NCBI GenBank assembly: GCA_964016885.1 | Contig: OZ024742.1 | Coordinates: 291,276,001 to 291,340,000 of the forward strand | From: Eledone cirrhosa | Taxonomy: Eukaryota | Reading direction: 5' to 3' | Length of the DNA: 64,000 nucleotides | Part shown: positions 36,133-49,384 of the stretch, piece by piece | Layout of the letters: each line of letters opens with the position of its first letter | Numbering within the stretch: position 1 is the stretch's first letter | Program-made: the position numbers and the translations under genes | The notes under the pieces: generated by a model | Databases searched by the model: none | What the model was told of the DNA's origin: nothing | Seen by the model: only the letters and a program-made list of their open reading frames with translations

Positions 36133-37327
36133 ATCATCCTCATCATCATCATCATCATCATCGTTTAACGTCCATGTTCCACGCTTGCATGGGTTTGGAT
36201 GGGAGTTTTCCCACTTGAGGCAAGAGTGGTTGTCTTGCTCCCATAGGACTGTCTGGCGGGTTTTCTACAGCTGGATGCCCTTCCTAACACCAACCACATT
36301 TACAGTGTGGGGCTGGGAGGTTTTTACCGTGTTGCCTACATGGCCACATTACAGCGTGGACTGTGTGTTTTTTTGTCGTGACACCTACACGATCTCATTT
36401 GTTTCGGCCTGGGTATTGTGGCACCAACATAACTTTACATTAAAAGGGCGATGTGGATGGGGTAGGGGTGGTGGGATGGGGGTGTATTTTGTTAAAGATG
36501 CCTACTGACTGTAGTAGGTTTTACTTTGTAAGGCGGGTCTTCTCTATTACTGAGTACCACCAAAGATCTCGGTCCAGTGACATTGTCTTGGAGAGGTGTA
36601 AGTGTATGAGGTCGGAATTTATCAGGTCGTCCCAGATTTTTCTGGGTCTGCCTACTCCGTGGCTACCGTCTATCTTTATTGCCCTGCACTTTTTTATACA
36701 GCTGTCGTCTTTCATGCGCATCATGTGACCATACCAACGTAGCCTTCTCTCGAGTAAACAACATCTGATCCCTCTTATTTCTAATTTTTTGCTTAGTTCG
36801 TTTATGCTTTGCCGTTCACGTATATTACTATTACACATCCAGCGGAGCATGCAAGCTTCGTTCCTCTCTAGTTTGCGTATATCCTCTGCACACAATGCCC
36901 AGGTCTCACTGCCATGCAACATTGCTGTTCGTATGCAGGCATCATACAACCTGCCTTTCATTTTTAGGGAGAACCCTTTAGCGGCTAATAGTGGTATAAG
37001 CTCTCTGAACTTTTTCCATCCAGTTCTGACTCTAGCTACTGTACTTTCAGAGCACCCTCCCCCACTGCTGATTTTGTCACCCAGGTAACGGAAGCTGTCC
37101 ACTATTTCTATAGAACCCTCTGCGCAATTGAAAGAGCTAGTATTTTGTGGGCACTTGCTGCTACTTATTGCACCAGAGCACCGGCCACGTATAAAATCTA
37201 TGTTCTTAGTTAGCTTACCTATGATCCCACTACATCTTTTATGCACCCATACTTTGCATTTGGGACATAAAATGGAGTTTCTACCTACGCCTTTCCTACA
37301 CACTGAGCATGGCCATTTCCCGGAAGA
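36133..37327 (-). mobile_element. 5'-truncated RTE family B copy
   Basis: SGKWPCSVCRKGVGRNSILC...RLRWYGH; 3' UTR; (CAT)n. Confidence 0.92.
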
Positions 37328-37340
37328 TATATATATATAT

Positions 37341-37413
<73 letters not shown>

Positions 37414-37417
<4 letters not shown>

Positions 37418-37706
37418 TGTGAGTTCAATTCTCAGACCGGGTGATGTGTTGTTTTCTTGACCAAGACACTTTATTTCACATTGCTCCAGTTTACTCAGCT
37501 GTAGAAATGAGATGATAGGGACTGGGGTCCATATCATTCCACTGCAAAGTGGTCGCGGAGGTGCCACGGCAAAAAAGCACCCACCGCTCACTGTAGATGA
37601 GGTTGGTGTTAGGAGGGCATCCAGCTGTAGAAATCAAGCCAGAATCAGTTCCCATCCCACCCTTGCAAGCAGGGAAAAGTGGACGTAAAATGATGATGAT
37701 GATGAT
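37414..37706 (+). mobile_element. 5'-truncated tRNA SINE copy
   Basis: Matches 52507-52806. Confidence 0.85.
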
Positions 37707-37833
37707 AATAGGAAAAAGTATGACCCCGACGGCAGACCTCAAGCCGTTTTTCCTATTTCCCACTCTACTACCCTAAGTATTGAGTACTCTGGTGCGTTAT
37801 AGTCCATCTGGTTCCTTACCACAATTCCTTTGT

Positions 37834-37896
<63 letters not shown>

Positions 37897-38132
37897 ACAT
37901 GTGCATACTTGCATTTATGTATCAGCTGTGCTAGGGCGAGAAATATAATTCTAATTTTATTTATTCATATATATATATATATAGACATGTGCACACACAC
38001 ATGGCATGCTATTATGGTTATTATGTAGCATATATACTTCTTCAACTCTTGTGAATGACACTGAATGATTGAAGTTTCACTAAGAATTGTTACAGTGATA
38101 AATGAACTCTATATGAACAAAATATATTATTT

Positions 38133-38262
38133 ATCATCATCACCAGCACCAGCACCAGCACCAGCATCACCACCACCACCACAACCATCACCATCATCAT
38201 CATCATCATAACCACCACCATCATTATCATTATTATCATTGTCATTGTCATCACCTTCATCA
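38133..38262. repeat. Compound CAT/CAC/CAGCAC simple repeat
   Basis: Seen directly. Confidence 0.85.
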
Positions 38263-39649
38263 CTTCTGCTGCCGATTAATAGGATTCCAGCTTTTGGAAT
38301 TGATGTCATAAGAAAAGAAGAAGCAGGAATGAATTATTTATTCAGTCAGAATAACACGTAACATCAAACCCCCTTTTAACTATAAAGGAACATGTTATTT
38401 CTCACCTTCTCCCTTTCTCTCTCTCTGAAAACTGCATCTTTATAGCTAGGTAGAAGTTATACGAGGAAAAGGAAATAATGCAGTCATTTCCTGACTCTTT
38501 TGACAAAAACAATTTTTTTTCTTTTTGATAAAACCCATTTCTCTTAGACACAGCAGCACAGAAGACATTTTGATGTTTATTGATGAATAAAAAGACGTCT
38601 TGTTTTAAAATATGTCTAGAACAGATTTTGACCTTTTTGTTATCATTTTTCTAATGAAAGACACTGCTTGGAATTTCCTAACCAGACCAGATAGCCTTTC
38701 TAGCACTAACAACTTTACATGATCTACTAAATGCATTTCATCATGTCACCAGCACTACCACTTACAGAGTGTACTCATCATCTTTTCACGCCTGCATATC
38801 CACGCTTGCACACGTTGGACAGGTCCTTTCCAGCAGAGAGACTGGCTAAAGGTGTGTGTTACAGAAATACTAGAGAATAAGAGAACAGCAGTGATAGCTG
38901 ACAAGGCTAGTAGTTGCTAAGTGAACATCGTTGTAGTGGTATGAGAACTAAGAGAGTGGTTGTAGTATTATTTTCTTTTTTATAGATCAGGAGTGACCTC
39001 ATTCTGTATTTGGTAAATTTGCATCAGAAATGATGAATATTGAAGAATATGATACACAAAAACACTGTAGTTTCATACAATAACAAAAAAGAACAACAAA
39101 AATACATGATTTTACTACATTACTTCCCATCCCAGATTGCTGAGAAAACAAGCAATTAATAGAAGAGGTTAAGAAAGAGAGATCTTGATGCTGCTAGCTT
39201 GGATTGTCAGGATTGAGATCTAGGATGGCTGAAACTGTTTGGAGTGTCAAGTGGCTTCATAACTATGTGTTCAAATAGGCTGAAAAATCAAGTGCATTTA
39301 AAGTGCAGTGCTGCATATCTACAATTTGAACACATGGCTACAAAACTGGAAAGTTGTAGGGCCAAAATCAGCTAGTACATACTTTATAGAAGCTAATTGA
39401 ATGTCAAGAATAAATAAAGAAAGAATATCTTGCAAATCCCCTCTAAAAGATGCATGTACTCAAAGCTATGGACTTGAATAGGTGTGGAAATGTGTGGCAT
39501 GTATGCAGGTGTATTTGAACATTTAAAACAGTAAATTCAATGACAGAAAAAAATCAAATTGAATGTCTATGGTGTGAAAAAGCTACCAAATAGACATGAG
39601 AAATAGGAGCAAAACATTAGAAAATGTGGGTAACTAGCTCAAGTCCTAC

Positions 39650-40340
39650 TTACCCAGATGATTTCAGCATCTCAGTTACTATCTCTGGTAGTCCAGCATC
39701 TTTACCATTTTTCATCACCTTCATTCTGTCTGTGACCCATAACTGTCTATTTTGATGACTGGCCCCACTGTTGATTTTAGGGCCCCTTTTTCCTTTCACT
39801 CATTCTCTACATTCATAATAGCATTTCCAGGCCTCTCTCTTCTGAGTGTCAGTGAGGTTAAGTGCACCAGAATAATTCTGAATGCATTTCTTACCAAAGA
39901 CATTCTGTTTCACACTGACACAATTCTCAACACCTCACATAGTTAATCCTCATGCCGCAGCACATTAGCAAACCTCTTGCTTTTTGCTTCTGTACATACT
40001 AAGTAAACCCATCGCCTAGGTCATTTGCATTACTATGAAATATAGGAGTGTTGATCCTCCTTCATTCCTCAAGCCATATCCATTGCCACTGTGCACTCTA
40101 TTGTAGCCATCTTGGTGTTGCTCAACATGCCCATTGATGTCACCCACCAGGATAATAAGGTCACTGTCATCTGTTATTGAAGTGGTTTGCCAGAGATCCT
40201 ATTAGAAACAGTCTTTCTGTTCTCTACTTAGCACTGATTGTGGTGCATATGGGCAGATAACTGTTGTCATTCTATTACCTATGGCTTTTCTGAGCTTGAT
40301 AATTCTGTCCTTCTAACTAACTCAATTACTTTATTTACGA
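39650..40340 (-). mobile_element. Old RTE fragment (APE endonuclease region)
   Basis: Minus-strand remnants DRIIKLR, YAPQS and LIILVGDINGHV...GYNRVHSGNGYGLRNEGG parallel the 43563 ORF N-terminus. Confidence 0.75.
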
Positions 40341-40558
40341 GCTGGTAAAATGCCTACTCTAGCTACCTCATTATCATTTCCTACTGTGTGTGCTTTATTG
40401 TAGTACCAACACTTCTACTTTACAGAGTATACTGGGTGCATTTTATCATATCACCAGCACTAAAGTGGTTGTCATATGTTAGTCAAACTAAAGAGTCCTC
40501 TCTACACTATATTGTCTCTTTTTGAGTGCACTGGGAGCTTAATGAATATTCATAAAAT

Positions 40559-40646
<88 letters not shown>

Positions 40647-41215
40647 AGACAAATAAGATTAATATTGAATTGTAATAACCTTTATTTCGTTCACATTACA
40701 ACAAATAAGCTGAAAAAAAAATTACAGAAAAAGTGACAACAGAATATTTCTGATGAACAATAAAAAAAAAAAATGAAACTAGAACATTTTCAGTTATAAA
40801 ACTATAACTATATTTCAATTTCGTTTTCATTTTATTTTAACTTCAATTTAGACATTAACAATTGCTAGACTAAATATTGGCAACAATTCAATGTAATTTT
40901 CAATAAATAGATTTTAAATACAAATTAAATAAAATTTAATTTAATAAAACTAAAAAAAAATGCAACATTTGTTTATTTGTTTAGGTTAGATATGGAATAA
41001 AGTTGTGTGTGGAGGATTAACCACACAGATCCCATATACCATATCTTCACAGCTTGGTGTCTTAATGGTAGTTTGAGATTCAGAATAGTTTATTTCTTCT
41101 AGAGATTGCACCCACTATAAAATAGAATATATTTTTTCTAGATATCACTTTTTAAAGCAATTATACTGATATCTACTTGGGTGCTTTTGGTAGTATGAAT
41201 TTGTGTATGGGTGTA

Positions 41216-41255
<40 letters not shown>

Positions 41256-42443
41256 TGTGTTACTTTTCTTGTTTTACACTCTTCATTTTCAATTTTTTTA
41301 AAATATTTATTTGGACCGCCTATATTTTTGTTTCTCCTTTGTGATGCTGTCTATTTTGTACTCCTGAAGAAGGACTAAAGCCTGAGACATTGAACTTTCT
41401 TTCCTTTTTTCCAAATAAAGCATGAAACTAATAAGATTATTTGTACTTCTGTTTGATGTCTCCTTGAACTATATATACATATATATATATATATATCCAT
41501 CTAACCCATGCTAGCATGGAAGATAGATGTTAAACGATGATGATGATGATATATATATATATATATATATATTAGAATATATGATAAAAATACTGTATTA
41601 TGTAAAACATTCAAGCATTAACAAAATGAGTACTAAATAAAATTTATGCATTACTAAATGTTTGTAAATTCTATTTTCATATATTTGAAGGAGTTAGATA
41701 TATTCATGTCTATGAAACTACTGGTAATGCATAAATAAGTCAAACTATTAATATAAATATACTCATCTTTCACATAGTGTGTTGATTGCAGTTTATTTCA
41801 TTTGTAGCCACACCTGTATATATGTGTATATATATATATATACACACACAAACACATGCACACACATATATGCATATGGGACTGTATATATTCATTCATT
41901 TTCCTGTCTTTGCTCATATTTTTTATTCATATATATATATATATATATATGAATAGTTGCTACTGTCCATATTCACTAAACTCGATGCCTAATCATTTGA
42001 TGACCCTTAGCCACTCAAATTATACTTTAAACTTCAGTTACTTTTCTGCAAAAATCTGAAAGAACCAAGATGATTTTTGACACAAAATTACTAAAAAATT
42101 CAATGTACAATCAAACTGTTCTTCAAACATAGCAATCTGAGCGACATTTGTTTTATATAAACTGAAAGAAATTCCCAACATCAATTAGAAGCGAGTTACA
42201 AGTTAGCATAGCCACACATTTCTCCATCTCTCTTCACTTTTGAAAATCATGAAATTTGTGAAACCAGTAAAGTTATAGATTATTGTAAATAAACCTTGCA
42301 TTTTCAACTTCTTTTTTCTATATGTTTACCCGCGTGAGTCATATTAAAAAAACTTTACCTTCAAATATATATATATATATAACATACAAATGAAAGAAAC
42401 TGTAATTAACACATTATGTGGAAGTTGAGAATATTTATATACA

Positions 42444-42799
42444 TGGAGGCACATGGCTTAGTGGTTAGAGCATTGGCCTTACAATCGAAAGGTTGTGAGT
42501 TCAATTCTCAGACCGGGTGATGTGTTGTTTCCTTGAGCAAGACACTTTATTTCACATTGCTCCAGTTTCCTCAGCTGTAGAAATGAGATGATAGGGACTG
42601 GGGTCCCTATCATTCCACTGTAAAGTGGACGTGGAGGTGCCACGGCCAAAAAGCACCCAGCACTCACTGTAAATGAGGTTGGTGTTAGGAAGAAATCAAA
42701 CCAGAATCAGTAGAATAGAAATCAAACCAGAATCAGTTCCCATCCCATCCTTGCAAGCAGGGAAAAAGCGGACGTAAAATGAAATGAATGATGAATGAT
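42444..42799 (+). mobile_element. tRNA-head SINE
   Basis: tggcttagtggttaga A-box, gagttcaattctc B-box, RTE-like tail. Confidence 0.88.
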
Positions 42800-43562
42800 G
42801 TGGCATAGTTTATATGAAGCATTGTGAGAAATAATAGAGTATTGGGAAAGCCAGTACAAATATAAAGATGGAACTAGTACAGGGTAAAATAAGAATGATA
42901 AAACAATATTCTACCCTGTGCATTTCATTGTATTTTAAGGTTATGATCTTCTTTTTAAATAACTAATGAAGAAAATGGAGTGTCTTGTCCCCACAATGCT
43001 GTGACACAGAAAGGAAATGATCATAGGGGTAAGACGTTCCATTTTTCAGCATATGTCATTTGAAAAGAAGGTCTTTAACCTTGTGATATCATGAAATATA
43101 TAGGATAAAATAATGTTTTGTTTTGTCATTCTTCTTATTTTACTCCCTACTCTAGTTCCATCCTTTTATTTGTACTAACTTTCTCGATACTCTCTCATGG
43201 CTTCAGTTGGATGGCTGGAACAGGTAAAGGAGTATATATATATATATCATCATCATCATCATCATCATCACCGTTTTACGTCCGTTCTTCCACGCTAGCA
43301 TGGGTTAGACGGGTTGTCCTGTTGTGGGCAGTGTCTGGTCGGCTGACCATGCCTTGCTCATACAGGAACTGATCTGGCTTGATTTCTACAGCTGGATGCC
43401 CTTCCTAACACCAACCTCATTTACAGTGAGTGCTGGGTGCTTTTTCGTGGCGCCTACACGTCCACTTTACAGTGTGGGCTGGGTGCTTTTTTGCCGTGGC
43501 ACCTCCACGACCACCTTGCGGTGGGGGGGGGGGGGGGGGGGGGGGCATATTGTTTATATGCT

Positions 43563-46500
43563 TCAGCATGTACCCATGGGAGGTCGGGTACCCTGTATTA
43601 CTGCGTGACGCCAGAAGTCACGGTCGTGTGTCATTGACTTTGAGAGGTGTAGTTGGGTAAGGTCGGCTTTTATCACCTCATCCCAAGTCATCTTGGGTCT
43701 CCCCACTCCGCGGTTTCCATCAACTTCTAGTGCTCTGCACCTTTTTATGCAGCTGTCATCCTTCATACGCATCACATGTCCATACCAGCGTAACCGCCTC
43801 TCCTGCACGCAGCATTTGATTCCTCTTATGCTCAGTCTCTCTCTCAATTCATTTATGCTTTGTCGTTCACGTATATTACTGTTACACATCCATCGGAGCA
43901 TGCAGGCTTCGTTTCTCTCTAATCTACGTAAGTCTTCCACCTTCAGCGCCCAGGTCTCACTACCATGCAACATCGCTGTTCGGATACACGCATCATACAG
44001 TCTGCCTTTCATTCTGAGGGAGAAGCCTTTTGCAGCTAGCAGTGGTAGTAGTTCCCTAAACTTCTTCCATCCCGTTCTTACCCTAGTTATTGTACTTTCT
44101 GAGCACCCACCTCCGTTGCTAATTCGGTCACCTAGGTAGCAGAAGCTGTCTACTGTTTCTACAGGGCCCTCCCAGAGATTGGTGGTACTTGTTTCCTGTG
44201 GCTGTTTGCTTGCTGTTTCAGCACAGCTGCTGCATGTGAATCCTACATTCTTAATTAAGCTTCCTGAGATCCCGCTACATCTCTTGTGTACCCATTGTTT
44301 GCATTTGGGGCAAAGAATGGAGTTCCTACCTACACCTTTCCTACATACTGAGCAAGGCCATTTCCCTGAGGGGATCTGGGTTCTGTTTTCTCGTCTACTT
44401 ATAAGGACCTTAGTCTTTGTCATGTTGACTTTGAGGCCCTTTCTCTCTAGTCCCTGCTTCCAGGTTTGGAATTTATTCTCTAGTTCTACCATAGATTCAG
44501 CTATGAGTGCGAGGTCATCAGCATACAGGAGTTCCCATGGGCATCCGGTCTTAAACTCCTCCGTTATTGCCTGCAGGACTATGATGAACAGGAGAGGGCT
44601 AAGAACAGAGCCCTGGTGGACCCCAACCTGTACGCTAAATTCCTCGCTATACTCATTGCCAATCCTAACTTTGCTGACTGCTCCCCTATACATGGCTTGT
44701 ACCGCTTTCACAAGCCATTCATCTACTCCTAGTTTTCTAAGAGCCCACCAGATTACTGCACGTGGAACTCTGTCAAAGGCTTTCTCAAGGTCGACAAATG
44801 CCAAGTAGAGTGGCTTACTTTTAGCTAGGTACTTTTCCTGTAATTGCCTCACAAGGAAGAGCGCATCAGTGGTGCCTTTCCCTGGAACAAACCCAAATTG
44901 CATCTCGTCTATATTCACCCGGTCCCTAATCAGCTGTGCTATAACTCTTTCTGTTACTTTCATGACCTGGTCCATCAACTTTATACCTCTATAGTTTCCT
45001 CTATCTAGTGCATCGCCTTTACCTTTGTAGCAGTTGACAATGATGCTACTGCACCAATCTTTTGGTATGGCCCCCTCTAGTATTACCTGGTTAACGATAC
45101 GTGTGGTTATAGTGTGACCTACAGACCCAGATGCCTTCAGCATCTCGGCAGCTATACCCGATGGACCGGTTGCCTTCCCTATCTTCATATCTCTGATTGC
45201 CTTACTTACTACGCTGCCGCTGACTTGTACTGCTGGTCCCTCTATAGGGTCTACGTGGGGTAGGGTCTCTTCTTCCCATGCATTCTCCTCATTTAGTAAT
45301 CTATCATAATGACTCTTCCATGCATCTTTCTTCTCAGCACTTGTGAGGGCAAGCTCACCTTTATCATTCCGGATACACTTCTCTCCAATGACATCACAAC
45401 TATCTCTGACACACTGCCTCGCAATCTTGAATACCTCCTGTTTCTGGTCCTCACGTTGTAAAACATGCTTGAATTTTCTATCCTCTGCTTCCCTCCTAGC
45501 TAAGTATACTTGTCGCCTAGCTTCCCTCTTGGTCTCTATGTAATGTACCCTGCTCCCCCCGTTCTTCCATTCTTTCCATGCCTGTCTCTTGGCCTTGACT
45601 GCTTCATCTACCTTATTGTTCCACCACCAAGTCACTCTCCTCCTGCTTGAGGTCTTACTCCAGCCACAAACCTCATCCGTCGCCTCTAGTAAGTTATTTT
45701 TTAGGAACTCCCAGTTCTCTTCTACGTTAAATGTCTCTATCTGTTCTTCTTTACTGTCGTAGGCGTTGAGTAAAATATCTTTAAATCTGTTACTGGTTGA
45801 GGGGACTTTCAGCTTCCAGATCTTTCTTCTCCAGGTTGGCCTCTGTTTCAGGGCTCGTCTAGTTCTGACCGTGAGGTCGCTGACAACTAAGCTATGTTGG
45901 GATGTACATTCCTCACTAGGGAAGGCTTTTGTGTTTACGACCGTCCATCTGTCACGTCCTCTGATGAGGATAAAATCTAACTGACTAGAGTGCTCCCCTG
46001 ATCTATAGGTGATCAGGTGGTTGTCGGGTTTTTTAAAGTTTGTGTTACATATCGACATGTCATTGGCGTCGCAGAATTCTAGAAGTCTGAATCCTTCCTC
46101 ATTCCTTGTGCCAACTCCATGGCCTCCATGTACTCTATTGAAGCCGTCGCAGTGTTTACCTACGTGTCCGTTAAAATCTCCTGCAATGATTAGGAAGTCC
46201 TTGTCGTCTGTTAGAGCAGTAGTGTGTATTAGGGACTCGTAAAACCTATCCTTAAGTTCGTCTGGCAGCCCCGATTGGGGTGCGTAAGCTGATATTATTG
46301 TGGTAATTGTCTTATTCAGGACTAGTCTGAGTTTAATGATTCTTGCATTTACCCTGTACACTGAGATTACTTTATCTACCCACTTGTCAGCTAATAGTAT
46401 ACCTACACCACCCATCCCATCGTCATTTCCCACCCAGAAAAATTTGTAGCACTGGCTTTTTCCTACAAGGACTCTAGCAGACCCTCCTCTCCATCTAATC

Positions 46501-46682
46501 TCTTGCACACAGCATACATCAACTTCCTTTCGCTCTAGCATTTCTACGATTTCTCCTGCTCTTCCTTTCATTGAGCCTACATTGATGGTACCAACTCGGA
46601 GTTTTGGGCATTTGTCGACACTCGTAGGGGAGGGTCTCTGGGTTGGCGCTTCACGTGGGTGCTTGGTAGCTCGCAGATTCAT
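43563..46682 (-). CDS. RTE LINE protein, 1039 aa: APE endonuclease, RT and PHD-like finger insert
   Basis: GTINVGSM, VQEIRW, AYAPQ, AGDFNGHVG, SQHSLV, FVDLEKAFD, HQGSVLSPLLF, LYADD and CSVC..CPKC...HKRC..CSSC; no stops. Confidence 0.95.
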   Translation of the reverse strand: MNLRATKHPREAPTQRPSPTSVDKCPKLRVGTINVGSMKGRAGEIVEMLERKEVDVCCVQEIRWRGGSARVLVGKSQCYKFFWVGNDDGMGGVGILLADKWVDKVISVYRVNARIIKLRLVLNKTITTIISAYAPQSGLPDELKDRFYESLIHTTALTDDKDFLIIAGDFNGHVGKHCDGFNRVHGGHGVGTRNEEGFRLLEFCDANDMSICNTNFKKPDNHLITYRSGEHSSQLDFILIRGRDRWTVVNTKAFPSEECTSQHSLVVSDLTVRTRRALKQRPTWRRKIWKLKVPSTSNRFKDILLNAYDSKEEQIETFNVEENWEFLKNNLLEATDEVCGWSKTSSRRRVTWWWNNKVDEAVKAKRQAWKEWKNGGSRVHYIETKREARRQVYLARREAEDRKFKHVLQREDQKQEVFKIARQCVRDSCDVIGEKCIRNDKGELALTSAEKKDAWKSHYDRLLNEENAWEEETLPHVDPIEGPAVQVSGSVVSKAIRDMKIGKATGPSGIAAEMLKASGSVGHTITTRIVNQVILEGAIPKDWCSSIIVNCYKGKGDALDRGNYRGIKLMDQVMKVTERVIAQLIRDRVNIDEMQFGFVPGKGTTDALFLVRQLQEKYLAKSKPLYLAFVDLEKAFDRVPRAVIWWALRKLGVDEWLVKAVQAMYRGAVSKVRIGNEYSEEFSVQVGVHQGSVLSPLLFIIVLQAITEEFKTGCPWELLYADDLALIAESMVELENKFQTWKQGLERKGLKVNMTKTKVLISRRENRTQIPSGKWPCSVCRKGVGRNSILCPKCKQWVHKRCSGISGSLIKNVGFTCSSCAETASKQPQETSTTNLWEGPVETVDSFCYLGDRISNGGGCSESTITRVRTGWKKFRELLPLLAAKGFSLRMKGRLYDACIRTAMLHGSETWALKVEDLRRLERNEACMLRWMCNSNIRERQSINELRERLSIRGIKCCVQERRLRWYGHVMRMKDDSCIKRCRALEVDGNRGVGRPKMTWDEVIKADLTQLHLSKSMTHDRDFWRHAVIQGTRPPMGTC

Positions 46683-46924
46683 ATTTCATCTATTGATTCA
46701 GAGTTGCTCGTGTATTCCCAGCTCATCCATCCCTAACGGTGGGAAAATTGAGGGCTAGAAGGACAGTGGTGGTGGGGTAATGGCAGGGTGTGTTGGGATG
46801 CGCCAGAGGAGGAGAGAGTTAGTTAGGCAGGTAGTAGCAGCAGCAGCAGTGGAAATGGCATGCTAGGTTTGATTGGTCGAATAGGCTATGGTGGTGTGTG
46901 GGGGTGGGGGGGAGGGAAATTGTG

Positions 46925-48180
46925 AGGTAGGAACTGAGGGTCGCATGGTAAATATCCAAGTTAATACTACATCAGTAAAATTAACAATAATAACGTCATG
47001 AAAAAAGCTACTAAGAGAAACCCTCGAAAATTTATCGCTAATACAGCAGGGAAAATTTAACGCTAATACAGCAGGGAACATCATAATATTAACGACATGA
47101 AAAAGCTACTAAGAGAAACCCTCGAAAATTTATCGCTAATACAGCAGGGAAAATTTAACGCTAATACAGCAGGGAACATCATAATATTAACGACAATATG
47201 TAGGCTAAAATACCTTCGTAGATTAGGTGGATGGCTGGCTGGGAAAATTTGAATCAGCTCTAGTGGTACATTTTAGCAGAGAAGAATGGCAAAGTGTCTT
47301 ATCTCTTCAATATTTTCAGATTGAATGAATTAGGTTAAAGACAGGGTAGTAAGCCTTAAAGAAGTGCATAGAGGGGGGGGGGGGGTAGGAACTGAGGGTC
47401 GCATGGTAAATAACTGAGAGAGATACAATAGGATTAGAATACCGCATGGTAAATATCCAAGTTAATAAGTTAATACTACATCAGTAAAATTAACAATAAT
47501 AACGTCATGAAAAAAGCTACTAAGAGAAACCCTCGAAAATTTATCGCTAATACAGCAGGGAAAATTTAACGCTAATACAGCAGGGAACATCATAATATTA
47601 ACGACATGAAAAAGCTACTAAGAGAAACCCTCGAAAATTTATCGCTAATACAGCAGGGAAAATTTAACGCTAATACAGCAGGGAACATCATAATATTAAC
47701 GACAATATGTAGGCTAAAATACCTTCGTAGATTAGGTGGATGGCTGGCTGGGAAAATTTGAATCAGCTCTAGTGGTACATTTTAGCAGAGAAGAATGGCA
47801 AAGTGTCTTATCTCTTCAATATTTTCAGATTGAATGAATTAGGTTAAAGACAGGGTAGTAAGCCTTAAAGAAGTGCATAGAGGGGGGGGGGGGGTAGGAA
47901 CTGAGGGTCGCATGGTAAATAACTGAGAGAGATACAATAGGATTAGAATACCGCATGGTAAATATCCAAGTTAATAAGTTAATACTACATCAGTAAAATT
48001 AACAATAATAACGTCATGAAAAAAGCTACTAAGAGAAACCCTCGAAAATTTATCGCTAATACAGCAGGGAAAATTTAACGCTAATACAGCAGGGAACATC
48101 ATAATATTAACGACATGAAAAAGCTACTAAGAGAAACCCTCGAAAATTTATCGCTAATACAGCAGGGAAAATTTAACGCT
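46925..48180 (-). repeat. Tandem ~509-bp monomers (~2.6 copies), each with two ~99-bp subrepeats, upstream of the LINE ORF
   Basis: taggaactgagggtcgcatgg at 46928, 47386 and 47895; catgaaaaa at 46997/47096. Confidence 0.9.
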
Positions 48181-48205
48181 ATATATATATATATATATAT
48201 ATAGT

Positions 48206-48245
<40 letters not shown>

Positions 48246-48819
48246 ATAATAAATGTGAAGACCAAAATCTGAAGAGCGCTTGATAAGGATTGTATATATA
48301 TATAATAGGATGAAAGCAGCGATTCTTTGCCTAAAATTTAATCTGTACTAATATATATATATATATATATAATCATAAGCACAAACTGTAGGAGCTCACA
48401 TTGAATATTTCCTTCCTAAATATAACAATTCTGCATCTCATTATGCATCTAGTACTACTTAGATTAGTGATCTTTCCGGGCTTACCACCATAGACACTCT
48501 ACATATATATATATGGATATATATACATATATGGATATATATACATATATATATAGTGACTAACAATAACACCATAGATCAACAAATAAAAGGTTTTCAC
48601 ATCCTTTCATTCTGTCTCTCAGAAGTCCTAATTGTGCTGAAAAAGCCACTCCTATACTACCATCACATTTCCTTTGTAAAACTTAAGAAGAATGCTGCAT
48701 CATGATTGCAGCAGACAGAGTTGTGAAAGTGTTACCCTGAAGGATAGTGAGGGAGAGGTGCCACAAATATAGAAGTAGTTTCATTATATTTAATAGCAAC
48801 AACACTACATGTAATAATA

Positions 48820-49007
48820 TAATTGTTTCTACTTTAGGCACAAGGCCAGCAATTATCCAGTGCATTACTGGTACTTTATTTTATCGACCCCGTAAGGATG
48901 AAAGGCAAAGTCAACCTCGGCGGGATTTGAACTCAGATCGTAAAGGGACGTAACTATGCTGCAAAGCATGGCGTCCGACCCTCTACCGATACTGCCAATC
49001 CACCGCA
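48820..49007 (-). mobile_element. tRNA-derived SINE (second family)
   Basis: Minus strand gcggtggattggcagtatcggtaga...tgagttcaaatcccgccgaggttgactttgcctttcatcc. Confidence 0.8.
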
Positions 49008-49181
49008 TAATATAATAAAAGATGGAGAAACTCGTGAAATGGTAGTTTATAGAAACAAAAAGTAAGCAAATTTACTATAGGTATCTCATTTAGAATAGGT
49101 ACATAGAATCCCTGGGTGCTGTAAGAGGTGATTAAAAAGATTGGTGTCAGAAGAACATTTAGGTGTAAAACATTGCCTTAA

Positions 49182-49384
49182 CCTTTTAGCATTGAAACTG
49201 GTTGTATCCGGCCAGAATTCTCTCACTTCTTTCTGTTCAAACTGACTGTAACTGGCCACTCATACTAATGTTAAGGTATTGTTCTCAAAATAAATAATAT
49301 CAAAATCTCATAGATTCGATATTACATGAAATATTATGTGAGATAAAGCGTTTACCATGAAAGTACAATAGTATATATAGAGGG
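49182..49384 (+). mobile_element. piggyBac-like MITE, right TIR partly deleted
   Basis: TTAA|ccttttagcatt; interior matches the 20156 copy. Confidence 0.75.

Larger units (their letters stand above)
43248..48180 (-). mobile_element. Full-length RTE-clade LINE (family A)
   Basis: (GAT)n 3' tail, uninterrupted ORF, long repetitive 5' region; (TA)n at both ends. Confidence 0.92.

Noticed and set aside
36521-37591. 356-aa ORF as a single gene
   Set aside because: Chance read-through of antisense SINE, (TA)n and a truncated RTE fragment
38127-38309. Asp/Gly-rich 60-aa ORF
   Set aside because: Trinucleotide repeat translation
41360-41400. Hammerhead ctgaaga-agg..cct-gaga
   Set aside because: GAAA is mutated and stems I/III are not evident; at most a decayed PLE end
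43693-46242. Plus-strand ORFs overlapping the LINE
   Set aside because: Antisense shadows of the LINE coding sequence, repeated in every copy
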